Shown: positions 13,850 through 26,815 of the stretch, piece after piece
Layout of the letters: the number at the start of each line of letters is the position of its first letter
How positions within the stretch are numbered: position 1 is the stretch's first letter
Source: Eledone cirrhosa
Taxonomy: Eukaryota
Direction of reading: 5' to 3'
Assembly: GCA_964016885.1 (NCBI GenBank)
Contig: OZ024742.1
Coordinates: 265,670,001-265,734,000 of the forward strand
Length of the DNA: 64,000 bases
Made by a program: the position numbers and the translations under genes
The notes under the pieces: model-generated
What the model was told of the DNA's origin: nothing
What the model saw: only the letters and a program-made list of their open reading frames with translations
Databases searched by the model: none

Positions 13850-14452
13850 AGGCGGGTAAAATTCCCGAGATCCATGGACGAGTTCTCTCCAGCGGTCTCT
13901 GTCCCTCATCATCACTGCCATGTCCTGCGTCCTCGAACAGACCAGTGTCCTGTCCTTAGGGCATCAACATACATTAACCTTGGTCTTCCTCTTCTAGTGT
14001 GTCCATGTAGGGGCTCCCACAGGAGCACTGAGTGCAATGTCAACTCTGGATGTCGGTGAGTATGTCCAGCTAACCTCAGTCTCCTCTGTGTCACTTTTGA
14101 GCTGACTTTTGGGAATGCTCCCATACAGCTCTGAGTTTTTGATCCTCAGTGTATACTGATTAATGTTCAGAGACTGTGTCGATGAGTGTGGGGCTGAGAA
14201 ATGAATGAGACTAAAACAAAATATCTGTAGAGAATGTTGAGAAGCAGAGGGGATCACTAATGTAGGCGGGAAGCCGCTAGAATTGGTTGAGGGTTTCCTG
14301 TATTTGGGAGCAAAGATTGGGAATACGTGGCGTGCCACAGCTTGAGATCGGGTGTGGAAGTCGGACCTTCGTAAGACGTGAAAATCCGCCTCTTCATTGC
14401 TGTAGTGGAGTCTGTGCTGCTGTATGGGTCTGAGACTTGGACACTGACGAAT
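13850..14452 (-). mobile_element. RTE-clade LINE 3' end with inverted 5' segment
   Basis: Minus strand QRRLRLAGHTHRHPE..LLWEP..RRGRPR (13912-14124); plus strand VKIRLFIAVVESVLLYGSETWTLT (about 14378-14450). Confidence 0.8.
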
Positions 14453-14774
14453 CTTTTTTAGAACTTTTTCATTGTGTTAATGGCGTTGTTGATAGTGATG
14501 TTTAATTATCACTATGTGACAGAGGAGGTAATATATCAAATATGTAACCTTCTTCTAAACAACTGATAAACGTGAAGATCAATTTTACCTTTCATCCTTC
14601 GGGGATGATAAAGTGCCAGTGATATACCGGAATCGATTTAATCGACTTTCTCCTTCCCTTGCCAAAAGTAGAAACTATTGTTACGCATATTAGCAGAGCG
14701 ATGATTTGGCATCGTTTGGAGTCGTTTGGGCATCCGAAAAAACTGTTCTCGTTTTTTTTTGGGGGGGGGGGGGG

Positions 14775-14945
14775 GGGGGTCCGGCTCTTTACATACTGAG
14801 TTCAAATCCAACCAAGGGTCAACTTCATCTTTCATTCTTCTGAGTTCGATAAAATAAACTAGCATTTAAGAGATGGGGGTCGATGTAATCGACTTATCTT
14901 CCACCCCCAAATTGCCGACCTTTTGCCAAAATTAGAAATAATAAA
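14775..14945 (+). mobile_element. SINE (family 1 relative)
   Basis: GAGTTCAAATCC B box, central domain, AAATTAGAAAT tail. Confidence 0.7.
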
Positions 14946-15583
14946 AATTATTAATAATAACAGTAGTAGTTATTGTCTTTGTTATTCTGGTAGCAATTAT
15001 GGAGCTATTTCTATTTAGATTGACATACATACATACAAACATACAACATACACACATACACACATACATACATACATACATACATACATACATACATACA
15101 TACATAACATACATACATAACATACATACATACATACATAACATACATGCGTGCAAAACGTATATACATGAATGCATATGTACATACATACATTCTGAAA
15201 AGTGGTTATATAAAGAACAAAATAACAATAATAACTACAGCAAAATAAACCTTCTGTAAACGATGTGGCGTCATTCATTTTGTTTTTGTTTAGTGTTTTT
15301 TTTCTGGATGTATGGGTAAGTGGGGAGGGGGGGAGAGAAATAATTACAAAATAAACAATGACAAGAAAAGGAAGAAGAAGAAAAAAAGGAAGAGAACAGG
15401 ACAGAAGAATAAGAAATAGAAGGGAAAATCTAAATTTAGCTTCAAGGCATTCCATCAATTTCCGGTTAGTGAAACTTTAACGGAAGTTATGAATACAAAC
15501 AGATTTGGCTTCAATAAGTCATGAAATTACGCACTTCAATTCAGCATGGGTATTTATTTCCTTGATTTAGTTTATTTCATAAA

Positions 15584-15616
<33 letters not shown>

Positions 15617-16644
15617 TACACACATACATGTGCGTGTGTGCATGTGTATATGTGTGTGTGTGTATATATATATATTTATGAAATAAATATATATGTAAAT
15701 ATGCATACATATACATATAAATAAAAAAATAAACATATATACATATGCATATGTATATATGTACGTACATAAGCAATATATATATATATAATATAAAATA
15801 TATGTACAGATGTGTATGTACATATATATATACATACATACATATACACAATTTTGATAAGAACAATAATCTACATAATACTGGTTTAATGAGATGTGCT
15901 ACGCCTACATATTTTAACATATATCGTTTAACAAAAATAGATATATTTACATCTATTTACAGTATAACATACAAAAACACATTTGTACGGGAAGTTGTCT
16001 CAGATAGAAACAGATTTTCAGTTCGAATTCCACTTACGCCCACTTTTTGAACCACACTAAATCTTAGTTAATGGAGACTGGGGAGTTCGTTTTTTTATCT
16101 ATTACTTAATCATATTACCATTATCCGATATTTTTTACACATATTCATGGCTGCATAAACACAAGTAGACACAAACAAATATATATAATATAAAGATGTC
16201 GTGCTTGGGAGAGTGTATGTGTAGTGTATGAGCCAATACATATATATATACACATGTGTGTATGTGTATGTTTGTGTGTGAGAGAGTATATGTGTGAGGC
16301 ACAAACGAAAGAAAAGAGCATTCAACACATAATGTGGAAGTTGAGTGTATATAAATAATATATATAAATATATATACATTCCCCACACACATATATATTT
16401 TTTTCAAAGAAGAACAAAAAGAATGGAAACAATAAACAAACGGGAAAAGGCAAAGAAAACAACACTGAGATCCTGGTAGTCAGCTGTTACAATCGGATAC
16501 AGATTCATGCGTTTATGTGTATTCACATACATACATACATACATACATACATACATACATACATACATACATACATACATACATACATACATACATACAT
16601 ACGTACATACATACACACATACACACATACGACACATACACACA

Positions 16645-18362
16645 AACGACAAGTGCTAAATAGATTGTTTGCCAGAGATCCTAAATCAGTTTATCGCAGC
16701 TTCGGGGGCAAAAGCTCAATCTCTGTAAATAACACCCCTTCAAAAGAACAGGTTGAGAGCTACTGGAGATCTGTATGGGAAACGGATGACGGATTCAACA
16801 GACAAGCTAATTGGCTAAAAGAACTGGAACAGGACTACTGCCAACATGTCCAGACAAAACAATATGACATAGATGGGTCAATACTGGAAACAGCTCTACA
16901 GAAAATGTCGAATAGGAAATCGCCAGGCCCAGACCTCATTACAGGATACTGGTTGAAGAATTTCACTTTCTATCGGCAAGATCTCATACGGCTGTTTACA
17001 GAAATCATTAAGGGCACACAAGAACTGCCCAGATGGTTATCAACTGCCTCTACTCTCCTCATTCCCAAAAATAGCCAAACCACCCTTGCTAAAAATTACC
17101 GCCCAATTGCCTGCCAAAACATCATGTATAAATTATATACTGGGTGCCTTAACCTGTTCTTACAGGATCACTGTGCTACCAACAACATCATAACACCTGA
17201 GCAAGCTGGTGGAAAGAGGGAGGTGTGGGGTTGCATAGATCACCTACTAACTAACAAAATGATTCAGGAAAAAACAACAAAGAATCGCAGAAACATGACT
17301 GTCGTGTGGCTGGACTATCAAAAAGCATTTGATAGTGTACCTCATGGGTGGATTGTTAAGGCTTTACAGTTAGCTAAAGTCCCACAACCATTGGTAGCTG
17401 CTGTTGAACGCCTGACCAAGGACTGGTACACCAGTTTGATCCTTAGAGGTGAGAAGGAGCAGGTTAAGACTGATAAGATACATTACCAGAAGGGCATCTT
17501 TCAGGGTGATAGCTTGTCAGTGCTACTCTTCGTTCTCTCACTGAATCCACTATCTTACCTACTCAGGAAACAAGGTGGACAAAGAAGTGGGACCAGAAGT
17601 ATCTTCCATCTTTTCTTTGTTGATGACCTGAAGTTGTATGGGCCAAATATCAATGACATCAAGAAACAATTGGACCTCATTACACAATTTTCAACCGACA
17701 TCAAAATGAAATCTGGTGAGTCCAAGTGTGCATATTTGGCAGTAAAACGTGGAAGAGCTGTGCCCTCCTCTAGAGATCTAGAGATGAACGGCCTGACAAT
17801 ACAACCTCTTCAGTCAGGTGACAACTACAGATATCTTGGACAGGATGAGAATGTCAGATATGATGGACCCATAAATAAGGAGAGAACCAGAACTGAATAC
17901 CTCAGAAGAGTAAAGAAAATATGGTCATCAGAACTGTCAGCATACAACAAATACATTGCCCACAATACTTATGCTGTGCCAATTCTAACGCCAACATTTG
18001 GCCTACTGAACTGGTCATTGCAAGAACTAAGTGAGATGGATGTTAGAACTCGAAAACTTCTCAGTGTTACTGGGAACTTTAACATCAATGGTGATGTGGA
18101 TAGGCTATACTTCTCACGCAAGGAAGGTGGCCGGGGTCTAAAATCAATATTAACAACATATGAGACCCGGATAGTGACACTGAAGCAACACCTTCAACAG
18201 AGGAAAAAGGTTGGCAACCATCTTGCCCAAGTTTATGACCATGAAAAAAGAAATATCATTATAATAGCGACTGATCTGGAGCAGAGATATGGAATAAAGC
18301 CTGATATAAATCTCTCACCCAGAGAAATCGGAAGATCCTATTCAATGTTCAAACAAGATTAA
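16645..18362 (+). pseudogene. Reverse transcriptase portion of the R4/Dong-like ORF
   Basis: About 570 open codons with all RT motifs; the track's ATG at 16515 comes from the microsatellite; frameshift near the A-run at 18360. Confidence 0.9.
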
Positions 18363-18390
18363 AAAAATTGACCAATTTACAGAAAAAGTT

Positions 18391-19149
18391 GTGCATGGAT
18401 ACTTGAGGCGTAAAACACAGACCATAGAGGGGATAAACCACTCAAAAAGCCTGGCATGGAGTTCCGACAAGTTTATGACATTACACCTTGAGGGATATCT
18501 CTATGCAATACAGGAACAAGAACTCCCTACCAAATATCTGCTGCACAAAAGAGGAGGGCCAGCAGCTGACAATAAATGTAGGCTATGTAAAACAAAGATC
18601 GAGGATGTAAGCCACATTGTTGCCAGCTGCGAAAGAATGTCATCTCGCTACTACCTCCCCATGAGACACGATGGGATAGCTAGAACCATCTGGAACGCAC
18701 TTCGGAAAACAAAATTAACAACAAACGAGGAAGAATATATTGAGACAGATGGCACTAAGGAATACTGGTGGAACCTGAAAATAAAAACTGCCACCAAATT
18801 AAAGCACAACCGGCCTGATATTGTTGTTTGGGACCACACATTGAAAACGTGTTCTGTTGTGGAGATCAGCTGCCCACTTGATGTAAACGTTGTCAGAAAA
18901 ATACAGGAGAAGGAGGACATCTACGGACCATTGATGAGGAGTTTACAAATCCAGTATCCAAGATACACCTTTAGCTTCATACCCATCATTATTGGTGCTA
19001 CCGGTTATATACCAACCCGCTTGGACCAAAGTATGACTGAACTTGGATTTGTGGACAAAAAGCGCAGCTCCCTAATTCATAGTCTACAAATGGCTGCGAT
19101 AGCTGGCACCTTCAAAATTTGCAAAACATTCTTGCGATTCAAGGGATGA
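18391..19149 (+). pseudogene. Zn-knuckle and RLE portion of the R4/Dong-like ORF
   Basis: HGYL..QEQE..CRLC..HIVASC..RHD..PDIVVWD..VEI; different frame from the RT part. Confidence 0.9.
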
Positions 19150-19249
19150 CAATTTCTTTTCTTTTACAACCTTGCCACCAGGAAGGTGGCCGGTCAAAAA
19201 AATATACTCGAAATTAAGAGAAAGAGAAAACATACATATATACATATAT

Positions 19250-20103
19250 GATGGCTGCAAACTCGTGTTTCCAGCATTGCCATCGCCCTATAAAATGCTC
19301 AAAAATGTGAGGCACGAATGTGGCTCTTTAAACCACCCAAAGACTTGCACCCTCTGGAACACACACGGCAAATGTAGGCTCCACTGGGACTTTCCACTGC
19401 TAGGTTCTGACTGTGTGTTTTCATATGTCTTTTAAGACCTACCATACTTGCACATTCCTTGCCACATTCCTTACACCTTTTCAGAACCTAATCTACATGA
19501 GGTCTACTGATATGACTTTGTTCATGTCTAATCAAACCAGCTTTGCTCAGGCAGACTCGGCCACAGTGCTGGCAAACCAGGTGATACTCAACAGCAGGCA
19601 GTTCAGAACAGTCTCTTTTCCTCACCTTCCTTTTCAGTGCTAGGTGTTCTCTTCGACGAGTTTCAAAGTGTTCACTTCCTGACCTGATCAAACGTCTCCA
19701 CTTCATACGCTCCTCAGCCATTTTCTCCCATTCGTCAGATGAAATTCCAGCACAAGCCAAGGTGCCCCTCACACAGTCCGGGTACCGTAGTTTTGGTTTC
19801 TGTGGTGGTCACCTTCCTTCACACTGTTCTCCGTAGAGACGTTGCTTTGGAATACGATCATCAGACATTTGAACCACCTCAACCGATGCCGAAAGATCAT
19901 GCTCTCTATAGTCACGCATCTGCTCCGTTCGAGAACTTCCAAATAACTGATGAACATTTTCCATCGCACCCCAAGTATCTTACGAAGAGATTTTTGGTGA
20001 AATCTCCCCAGTTCCGTGGGGTGCTTTCTGTATGTATCCCACGTTTCACAAACATAAAGCAAAGACGAGACGACACTAGTCAGATACACTTTTACCTTGG
20101 TAA
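19250..20103 (-). mobile_element. RTE-clade LINE 3' fragment ending in three C2H2 zinc fingers
   Basis: TKVKVY..LLYVCETW..FHQKSLRKILGVRW..RLRW; CQHCGRVCLSKAGLIRHEQSH; CKECGKECASMVGLKRHMKTH; CRVCSRGCKSLGGLKSHIRASH. Confidence 0.88.
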
Positions 20104-20306
20104 AATACATACACACATACATGCATACATACATACACATATACATGCATACATACATACACACATACATGCATACATACACACATACATACATACATAA
20201 TACACACACACACACATACATACATACACACATACATACATACACACACACACATACATACATACATACACACATACATACATACACACATACATACATA
20301 CATACA

Positions 20307-20337
<31 letters not shown>

Positions 20338-20843
20338 TGAGAAGAAGGGAAAGAAAAAAGTAAGTAAAAATTATAGGGAGTGAGAAAAGTTACTGCACTC
20401 TCAATTTTAATTTTACTACACCGAGTACTCATTCTCTCTATCCTACTCTCACCCTCCTCCCTCTCTCTCTGTCCCTTTATCTTTCTCTTCCTCTCTCTCA
20501 CTCTCTCTCTTTCTCTTCCTCCCTCTCCCTCTCACTCTCCCAGATTGTTAGATAACAACGATTTCTTATATAAGGCAGATGTATTATATTGATCCCAGTA
20601 CTTGACTAGTATTTCTTTTTCATCGAACCACAAAAAAATGAATGCAAAAACGAATCCGATGGACTCTGGAATTAGAATGTATAAAGCTACCAAAATACCT
20701 TATGGCTCGGCTAATTTACGGCTCTGACATAATACAGAACATTCTTAATAGATTTTGACATTTTGATTACAAACTAGAAGTCCAGTTAACGTTTAGATAA
20801 CAAATTCAATAATTGTTTAAAATATGCTACACACGCACACACA

Positions 20844-20966
<123 letters not shown>

Positions 20967-20974
20967 ACACACAT

Positions 20975-21021
<47 letters not shown>

Positions 21022-21756
21022 ATAACTTTGTCAAGAGGGAGTGACAGCACCTATGTCCATTTTCAGGGCCTCTGAAAAAAATCTGAGAAGATATTTTCAA
21101 AACCAGAGACCTAGGCTGAATGCTTTCAACGAAGAGGACTCCACTAACGACGAATTAAGTCTACTACCCAAGTAATCTACCGCCTAAGCTGGTACTTTAT
21201 ATACTGACCCTGTAAATGTAAAGTTGACCTCGGCTGTGCATGCGAAGAACAAGAATACATAGGTATTAGCAAGGTATTACATTCTAATACCAATTCGCCT
21301 TACATACCTTTTATTTGGGTATCTGAAGATCGTTTCGTGATTAAGGGATGTTCAGATACCCAAATAAAAGAAACATTACAAATTTGGGGAATAAAATATG
21401 CCACCTTCCATCAAATAGAAAACACTAGAAAAATATCGACCATATATAGAAGGGCTGAAGGTCTTCAGATTATGCAATTACGAAAATGTTGGATATTGAA
21501 TAATCTCCACAACAATAACAAGCCAGAGTTCTTCTTGCAATGTTTTCACGTTTCTAAGTACCTTTTAAAGAACTAGTCTCCTTAATATTAATTCATGTGT
21601 TCCGCCAAAATTTTATCGAATTTTTTCTAGCCTCCTCATAATTATTCAATATCCACAATTTTTCGTCATTGCATAATCTGAAAGTCTTGATTTCTGAAGA
21701 TTCTATACTTGTCCCTATTCAGCATGGCTTCCGTGAGTTCATTTTTTCTAAGATTT

Positions 21757-21945
21757 GTGGTGGATTGGAAGTATCGGTAGAGGGTCGGACGCCATGCTTT
21801 CCAGCATAGTTACGTCCCTTTGCGATCTGAGTTCAAATCCCGCCGAGGTTGACTTTGCCTTTCATCCTTACGGGGTCGATAAAATAAAGTACCAGTAATG
21901 CACTGGGTAATTGCTGGCCTTGTGCCTAAAGTAGAAACAATTATT
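21757..21945 (+). mobile_element. Full-length SINE family 1 (about 190 bp)
   Basis: A box, B box GAGTTCAAATCC, central domain, tail; flanked by duplicated TTTCTAAGATTTGTG (TSD-like). Confidence 0.9.
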
Positions 21946-21959
21946 TCTAAGATTTGTGT

Positions 21960-23000
21960 CCTTACAAACCCGCTCCAGAAACGTATCATAGGACCGGCCT
22001 CTTTTTCTTCTACCATGTGTGGGTTCTATTACCAGTAACTGATGTAATGCTTCTGCCTGATTTCCTCGTCATACGTGACGTTGAATACCGAGGCTTCTAG
22101 CCTTTGAGACGTCTGTAATCGGTCCCAGGCCACCGCATAGAGACTCGTTTGTTTTGTACTCTTTCCAATATACATTTTGCACTTTCCTCAGTAGTCTTGT
22201 ATAAGTGTCATCTAACCTTCTTTACATTTCTTTTTTCAGTGTCCAGCATTCTGCTCCATACACAAGCACACTTTCAACTGTTGATCGAAAGAACTTAACC
22301 TTTAGTTTGTTGTTTAGGTTTGATTTCCAAATGACATCCATTTTGTTTGCAACAGTTCAGGTTAGGTTAAGACTAGTGCTCATGACTTTTTCTGAAGATA
22401 CCTAAATTCCTCAGTTCTATTTAGGTAATTTTCATTTTGTGAGACAATATCACCTTCTTTCTGATTGTATAGAATGTTTCGTCTTTTTCTCATTTATGTG
22501 AAGTCTACTTGTTTCAGCAGCCCATTCCATCCTCTGTTACAACATATGTGCTTTTTCGCATGTGTCTGATAAGAGTGTGATATAATCTGCAAAATCAGCA
22601 TTAGTTATTGTTATTTCAGGGTATCTAGTGCTACATAGAGGAGGTATTGTGAATCATGTTTGATGAGAATAAAATGTAGTTTGCCCCATTACATAGTCAA
22701 ATGTTAATATGAAGAGGAAGTGTATCTCTATGTAGAACACCCCTATTTCAGTTTGAAGAATTCCGTTTCACAATTAGGGACAGCATTTTTGCTTCCCCGC
22801 GGTCGTAAAGAGCCCACACTGCTGTCACAATTTTCAACGGAAATCCATACGCTTCCATTATTTGTTTGAGTTTTCCACGAGGAATGGATTCGAGAGCTTT
22901 GCTAAAATCAAGGAATGTGATAACAGCTAGAGGTTTCTTTACATTTATTCCTTCGATGTGTCTTCTAATGATCAGGAGTTTACCCAGAGTGATCTGCTTG
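21960..23000 (-). mobile_element. Decayed RTE-clade LINE RT fragment
   Basis: TFLDFSKALESIPRGKLKQIMEAYG; DFADYITL; KVKFFRSTVESVLVYGAECWTL. Confidence 0.8.
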
Positions 23001-23346
23001 AACGATGATAAATATATATATAATATATATATCATTGTTCAAAGATTGAAATGTTAATATTCCAATGCAATGACTATAAAAGCAGTCGATAATTCTAAAT
23101 TAAAACTGAGGAATTCGGGGACAAAGCACCCTTAGGAAGTGTTGCTCGCAAACGCCTCTATTCACTTTTCCCGTCTCCGGGAGTACGATACCTGATTTTC
23201 TCAACTATTAGTTGTGGCGATGAATTGCGTTAGGGCTCCTCCCATAGATATATATAATAATAATAGATACAAAGACCGAAATTCAAAGATGATCCCGCTT
23301 AGGATGAAAGCTGAAAGTCAATGCTTAAACTTTTAATCTGCACTAA

Positions 23347-23527
23347 TAATTGTTTCTACATTTGACACAAGGCCAGCAATTATCCAGTACATTACTGGTA
23401 CTTCATTTTATCGACTATGAAAGGCAAAGTTAACCTCAGCGGGATTTGAACTCAGTTCGTAAAGGGGCGTAACTCTATGCTGGAAAACATGGCGTCCGTT
23501 CCTCTACCGATACTGCCAATCCACCGC
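23347..23527 (-). mobile_element. SINE family 1
   Basis: Reverse complement of full consensus. Confidence 0.88.
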
Positions 23528-23623
23528 CCTCTGATAGTAATAATAATAATGGTGTCTTAAATATATACATATATATATATGCATACACACACACACACAC
23601 GCACACACACACGCACACACACG

Positions 23624-23655
<32 letters not shown>

Positions 23656-23660
23656 CATAT

Positions 23661-23803
<143 letters not shown>

Positions 23804-24085
23804 CATACATATATGTATTTTAAGTGCCTCATTATCACTATCTCACGGAAGTGATAAAGACTGCGAGACGCTGACTATTAGTAATAAGAAAAAGACAGGA
23901 TCTGTAATTGAAAATCATATAATCAGGATGTGACATAAATGTAATCAAAGTCATGAATTGAAACAGGATCCCAAGATTAGTTTGACTCTTTTATTACGAC
24001 ATGGACAAATGAAATGAAATTATTAAATCAAAAGATAAATCTAGAGACGGCGACATTCAAATAGATAGATAGATACGCACGCCCG

Positions 24086-24127
<42 letters not shown>

Positions 24128-24204
24128 ATTGTATGTATCCATACACCCCCTCACACATATATATATGTATGTATGTGTGGGTGAGTGTGTGTATTTATAC
24201 ATTA

Positions 24205-24297
<93 letters not shown>

Positions 24298-24359
24298 GGG
24301 TGTATACGTATATGTTCGTGTATACAGGCACACACAACAAACATAGACACACACAACAA

Positions 24360-24439
<80 letters not shown>

Positions 24440-24972
24440 TTCTATACATACTTGCAGACGAAAGACAGAGCGAGAAGATTTAACGAGAGATAATTCCAGC
24501 AGCAACACCAGCAGCATCAGAAGAAGAAGAAGAAGAAGAAGAAGAAGAAGAGCTGTGTTGTATTTATTGGGAAATACACAAAGAGAATATTTAGGTCAAC
24601 TCAACGATTTGAAACCACCTGGCAGGTGTGTTATGTTTGATCCAGGATGCCAGAGAAACAATATGAAAACGGTCTGACTGGATAACTGACACCATAATAC
24701 CCGCAACAATACGCAGTAACGCACAAATATATAATCGCACACATACACCTACTGTCACATGCATACGCAAACATTCTCCCCATAAGGCAAAACACACACA
24801 TACACACATTCCAGCATACAATCAGATGCATATACATATACACATATACACTAATATAAACAGATACTGATGTATATAATTCCATCGTATACTTATTAGA
24901 CATACATAGTTAAACGCAAACATTGGGGTAAACAATCTCTATCACAACACATGAATGCATGGTGTGTTTCTC

Positions 24973-25033
<61 letters not shown>

Positions 25034-25254
25034 AAAAAGAATACTAACTATAGTTAGTGTTCTTTTCACCTTAGCGAATCTGGTCCCTTACGATTTGAAC
25101 ACATACATGTATATATCTGTGTTCGTTTTTCTTTTATATTCAATTATAATATACGTCTCGGAAAAATCTCTTTCCTAGAGTTATTTTATTGTAAGAGACT
25201 ATTTTGAGTTTCTAACTCAATATATACCTTTAATATATATATATATATGTCAAA

Positions 25255-25620
25255 TGGAATTTAATTTTTACAGGATTAGTACTGTTTCATTCTGTTGTGA
25301 AAAGTCCTGTAGAAGTCACTTCTCTTTGAAGTACAATTAAGTATCCTCTATATTTGATGTATTGAGTGCCTTATATAACGGTGGTGCTTTATTTAACAGA
25401 AATCTATTTTGATAGAGGAAGCACTTGTATTGGTATGTTCTTTGAGCCGTATGTGAAATTTCCGGACAGTACTTCCAATGTATGTGCCACTACATTTGTG
25501 GAAGTTAATTGTGTACAATACAAACGACCGCAATGTTGACGGGGCTGTTAGAAAATGTGCATATGTTGTTGGAGTGTGCGACTCAATTTTAGACAGTAGT
25601 TAACCCAGTGAGGGCCTTGG
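25255..25620 (-). mobile_element. PLE GIY-YIG 3' fragment (not in ORF track)
   Basis: Minus-strand translation VLYTINFHKCSGTYIGSTVRKFHIRLKEH. Confidence 0.7.
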
Positions 25621-25885
25621 GTGGAGCACTTTTCTAATCAGCCCCTCCCTACAGATCACAGAGATGCTCCTCCCTCTTGTATATATATTTTGATATATAT
25701 GCAAATATTTACATGCTTTTATATATATATATACTTGGGAGGGTCATATTGTTATAATATTGCCAGAAAAATAACAGAACACACTCACAGTTTGGTTGGT
25801 TTTCGCTTCTGTATCTTTTATATCTCCATAGTTAATTTATTTGGCAATCAATGTTTATCATTGATTGACCAGCGATTAAAAATAC

Positions 25886-25937
<52 letters not shown>

Positions 25938-26029
25938 ATAATAATAAATTTGAAGACTAAAATCCAAAGAGGGCTCGATAAGGATAAATATATATCAAAT
26001 ATATAAGAACCGTAGAGCAAATATTTATT

Positions 26030-26728
26030 TAAATAACAGATTAAAGTTTAAGCAAAGAATCGCTGCTTTCACCCTTAACGGGGATTCTGAAACTAAAAAA
26101 GTCAATCTGTGAACGCAGAAGTAAATATTTCAAAAAACGTTGCAACCAAAGGAAGACCGGAAAACGATACTTTGGTTCATGGAAACGTTCCCTGGCAAAG
26201 AACGCAAAAAAAAACAAGATAAACGTCATTATTTGGTGCGGTGAAAAGAATTACACGCAAAGACAAAACCACGTATATGGTATAAATGAAGTCGTAGGCT
26301 AATATTCTATTAGGTGGTTGATGGAGACGTTCTCTGGCAATGAACGAAAAAAACGAAGATAATACGGGGGATTGGCAGTACCGGTAGAGGGTCGGACACC
26401 ATTCTTTGACGTATAGAGTTACGGCCCTTGCCATTCTGAGTTCAAATCCTGCCAAGGTTAACTTTGCCTTTCATCCTTACGTGGTCGATAAAATAAAGTA
26501 CCAGTAACACACTGGGTAATTGCTGGCATTGTGCCTAAAGTAGAAACAGCTATTTCCGTTCTTTGCCAGGGAACGTTTCCACGAACCAAAGTATCGTCTT
26601 CCTGTCTTCCTTCGGTTGCAACGTTTTTTGAAATATTTACTTCTGCGTTCACAGATTGACTTTTTTAGTTTCAGAAGATCCCGTTAAGGGTGAAAGCAGC
26701 GATTCTTTGCTTAAACTTTAATCTGTTA

Positions 26729-26735
<7 letters not shown>
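26030..26735. repeat. Inverted pair of the 10.0-10.46 kb repeat, interrupted by a SINE (26365-26550)
   Basis: 26030-26210 is approximately the reverse complement of 26555-26735; both match 10280-10455. Confidence 0.8.
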
Positions 26736-26767
<32 letters not shown>

Positions 26768-26769
<2 letters not shown>

Positions 26770-26815
26770 TATCAAAGTTCTTTCGTCGCACATCTGCAAC
26801 ATCATCAGTGGTACA
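26768..26815 (-). ncRNA. Degenerate type I hammerhead in inverted pLTR
   Basis: rc: GTACCA-CTGATGA-T-GTTGCA gatg TGCGAC-GAAA-GAAC-TT-TGATAT; stems I and III imperfect. Confidence 0.55.

Larger units (their letters stand above)
16645..19230 (+). mobile_element. 5'-truncated R4/Dong-like non-LTR retrotransposon (RT, CCHC, restriction-like endonuclease) in (CATA)n
   Basis: KSPGPD, NYRPIAC, WLDYQKAFDSVPH, GIFQGDSLS, FFVDDLK, YRYLG; CRLC..H..C, RHD, RPDIVVWD..VEISCP. Confidence 0.93.

Noticed and set aside
21757-21945. tRNA gene
   Set aside because: A/B boxes belong to a SINE; no cloverleaf
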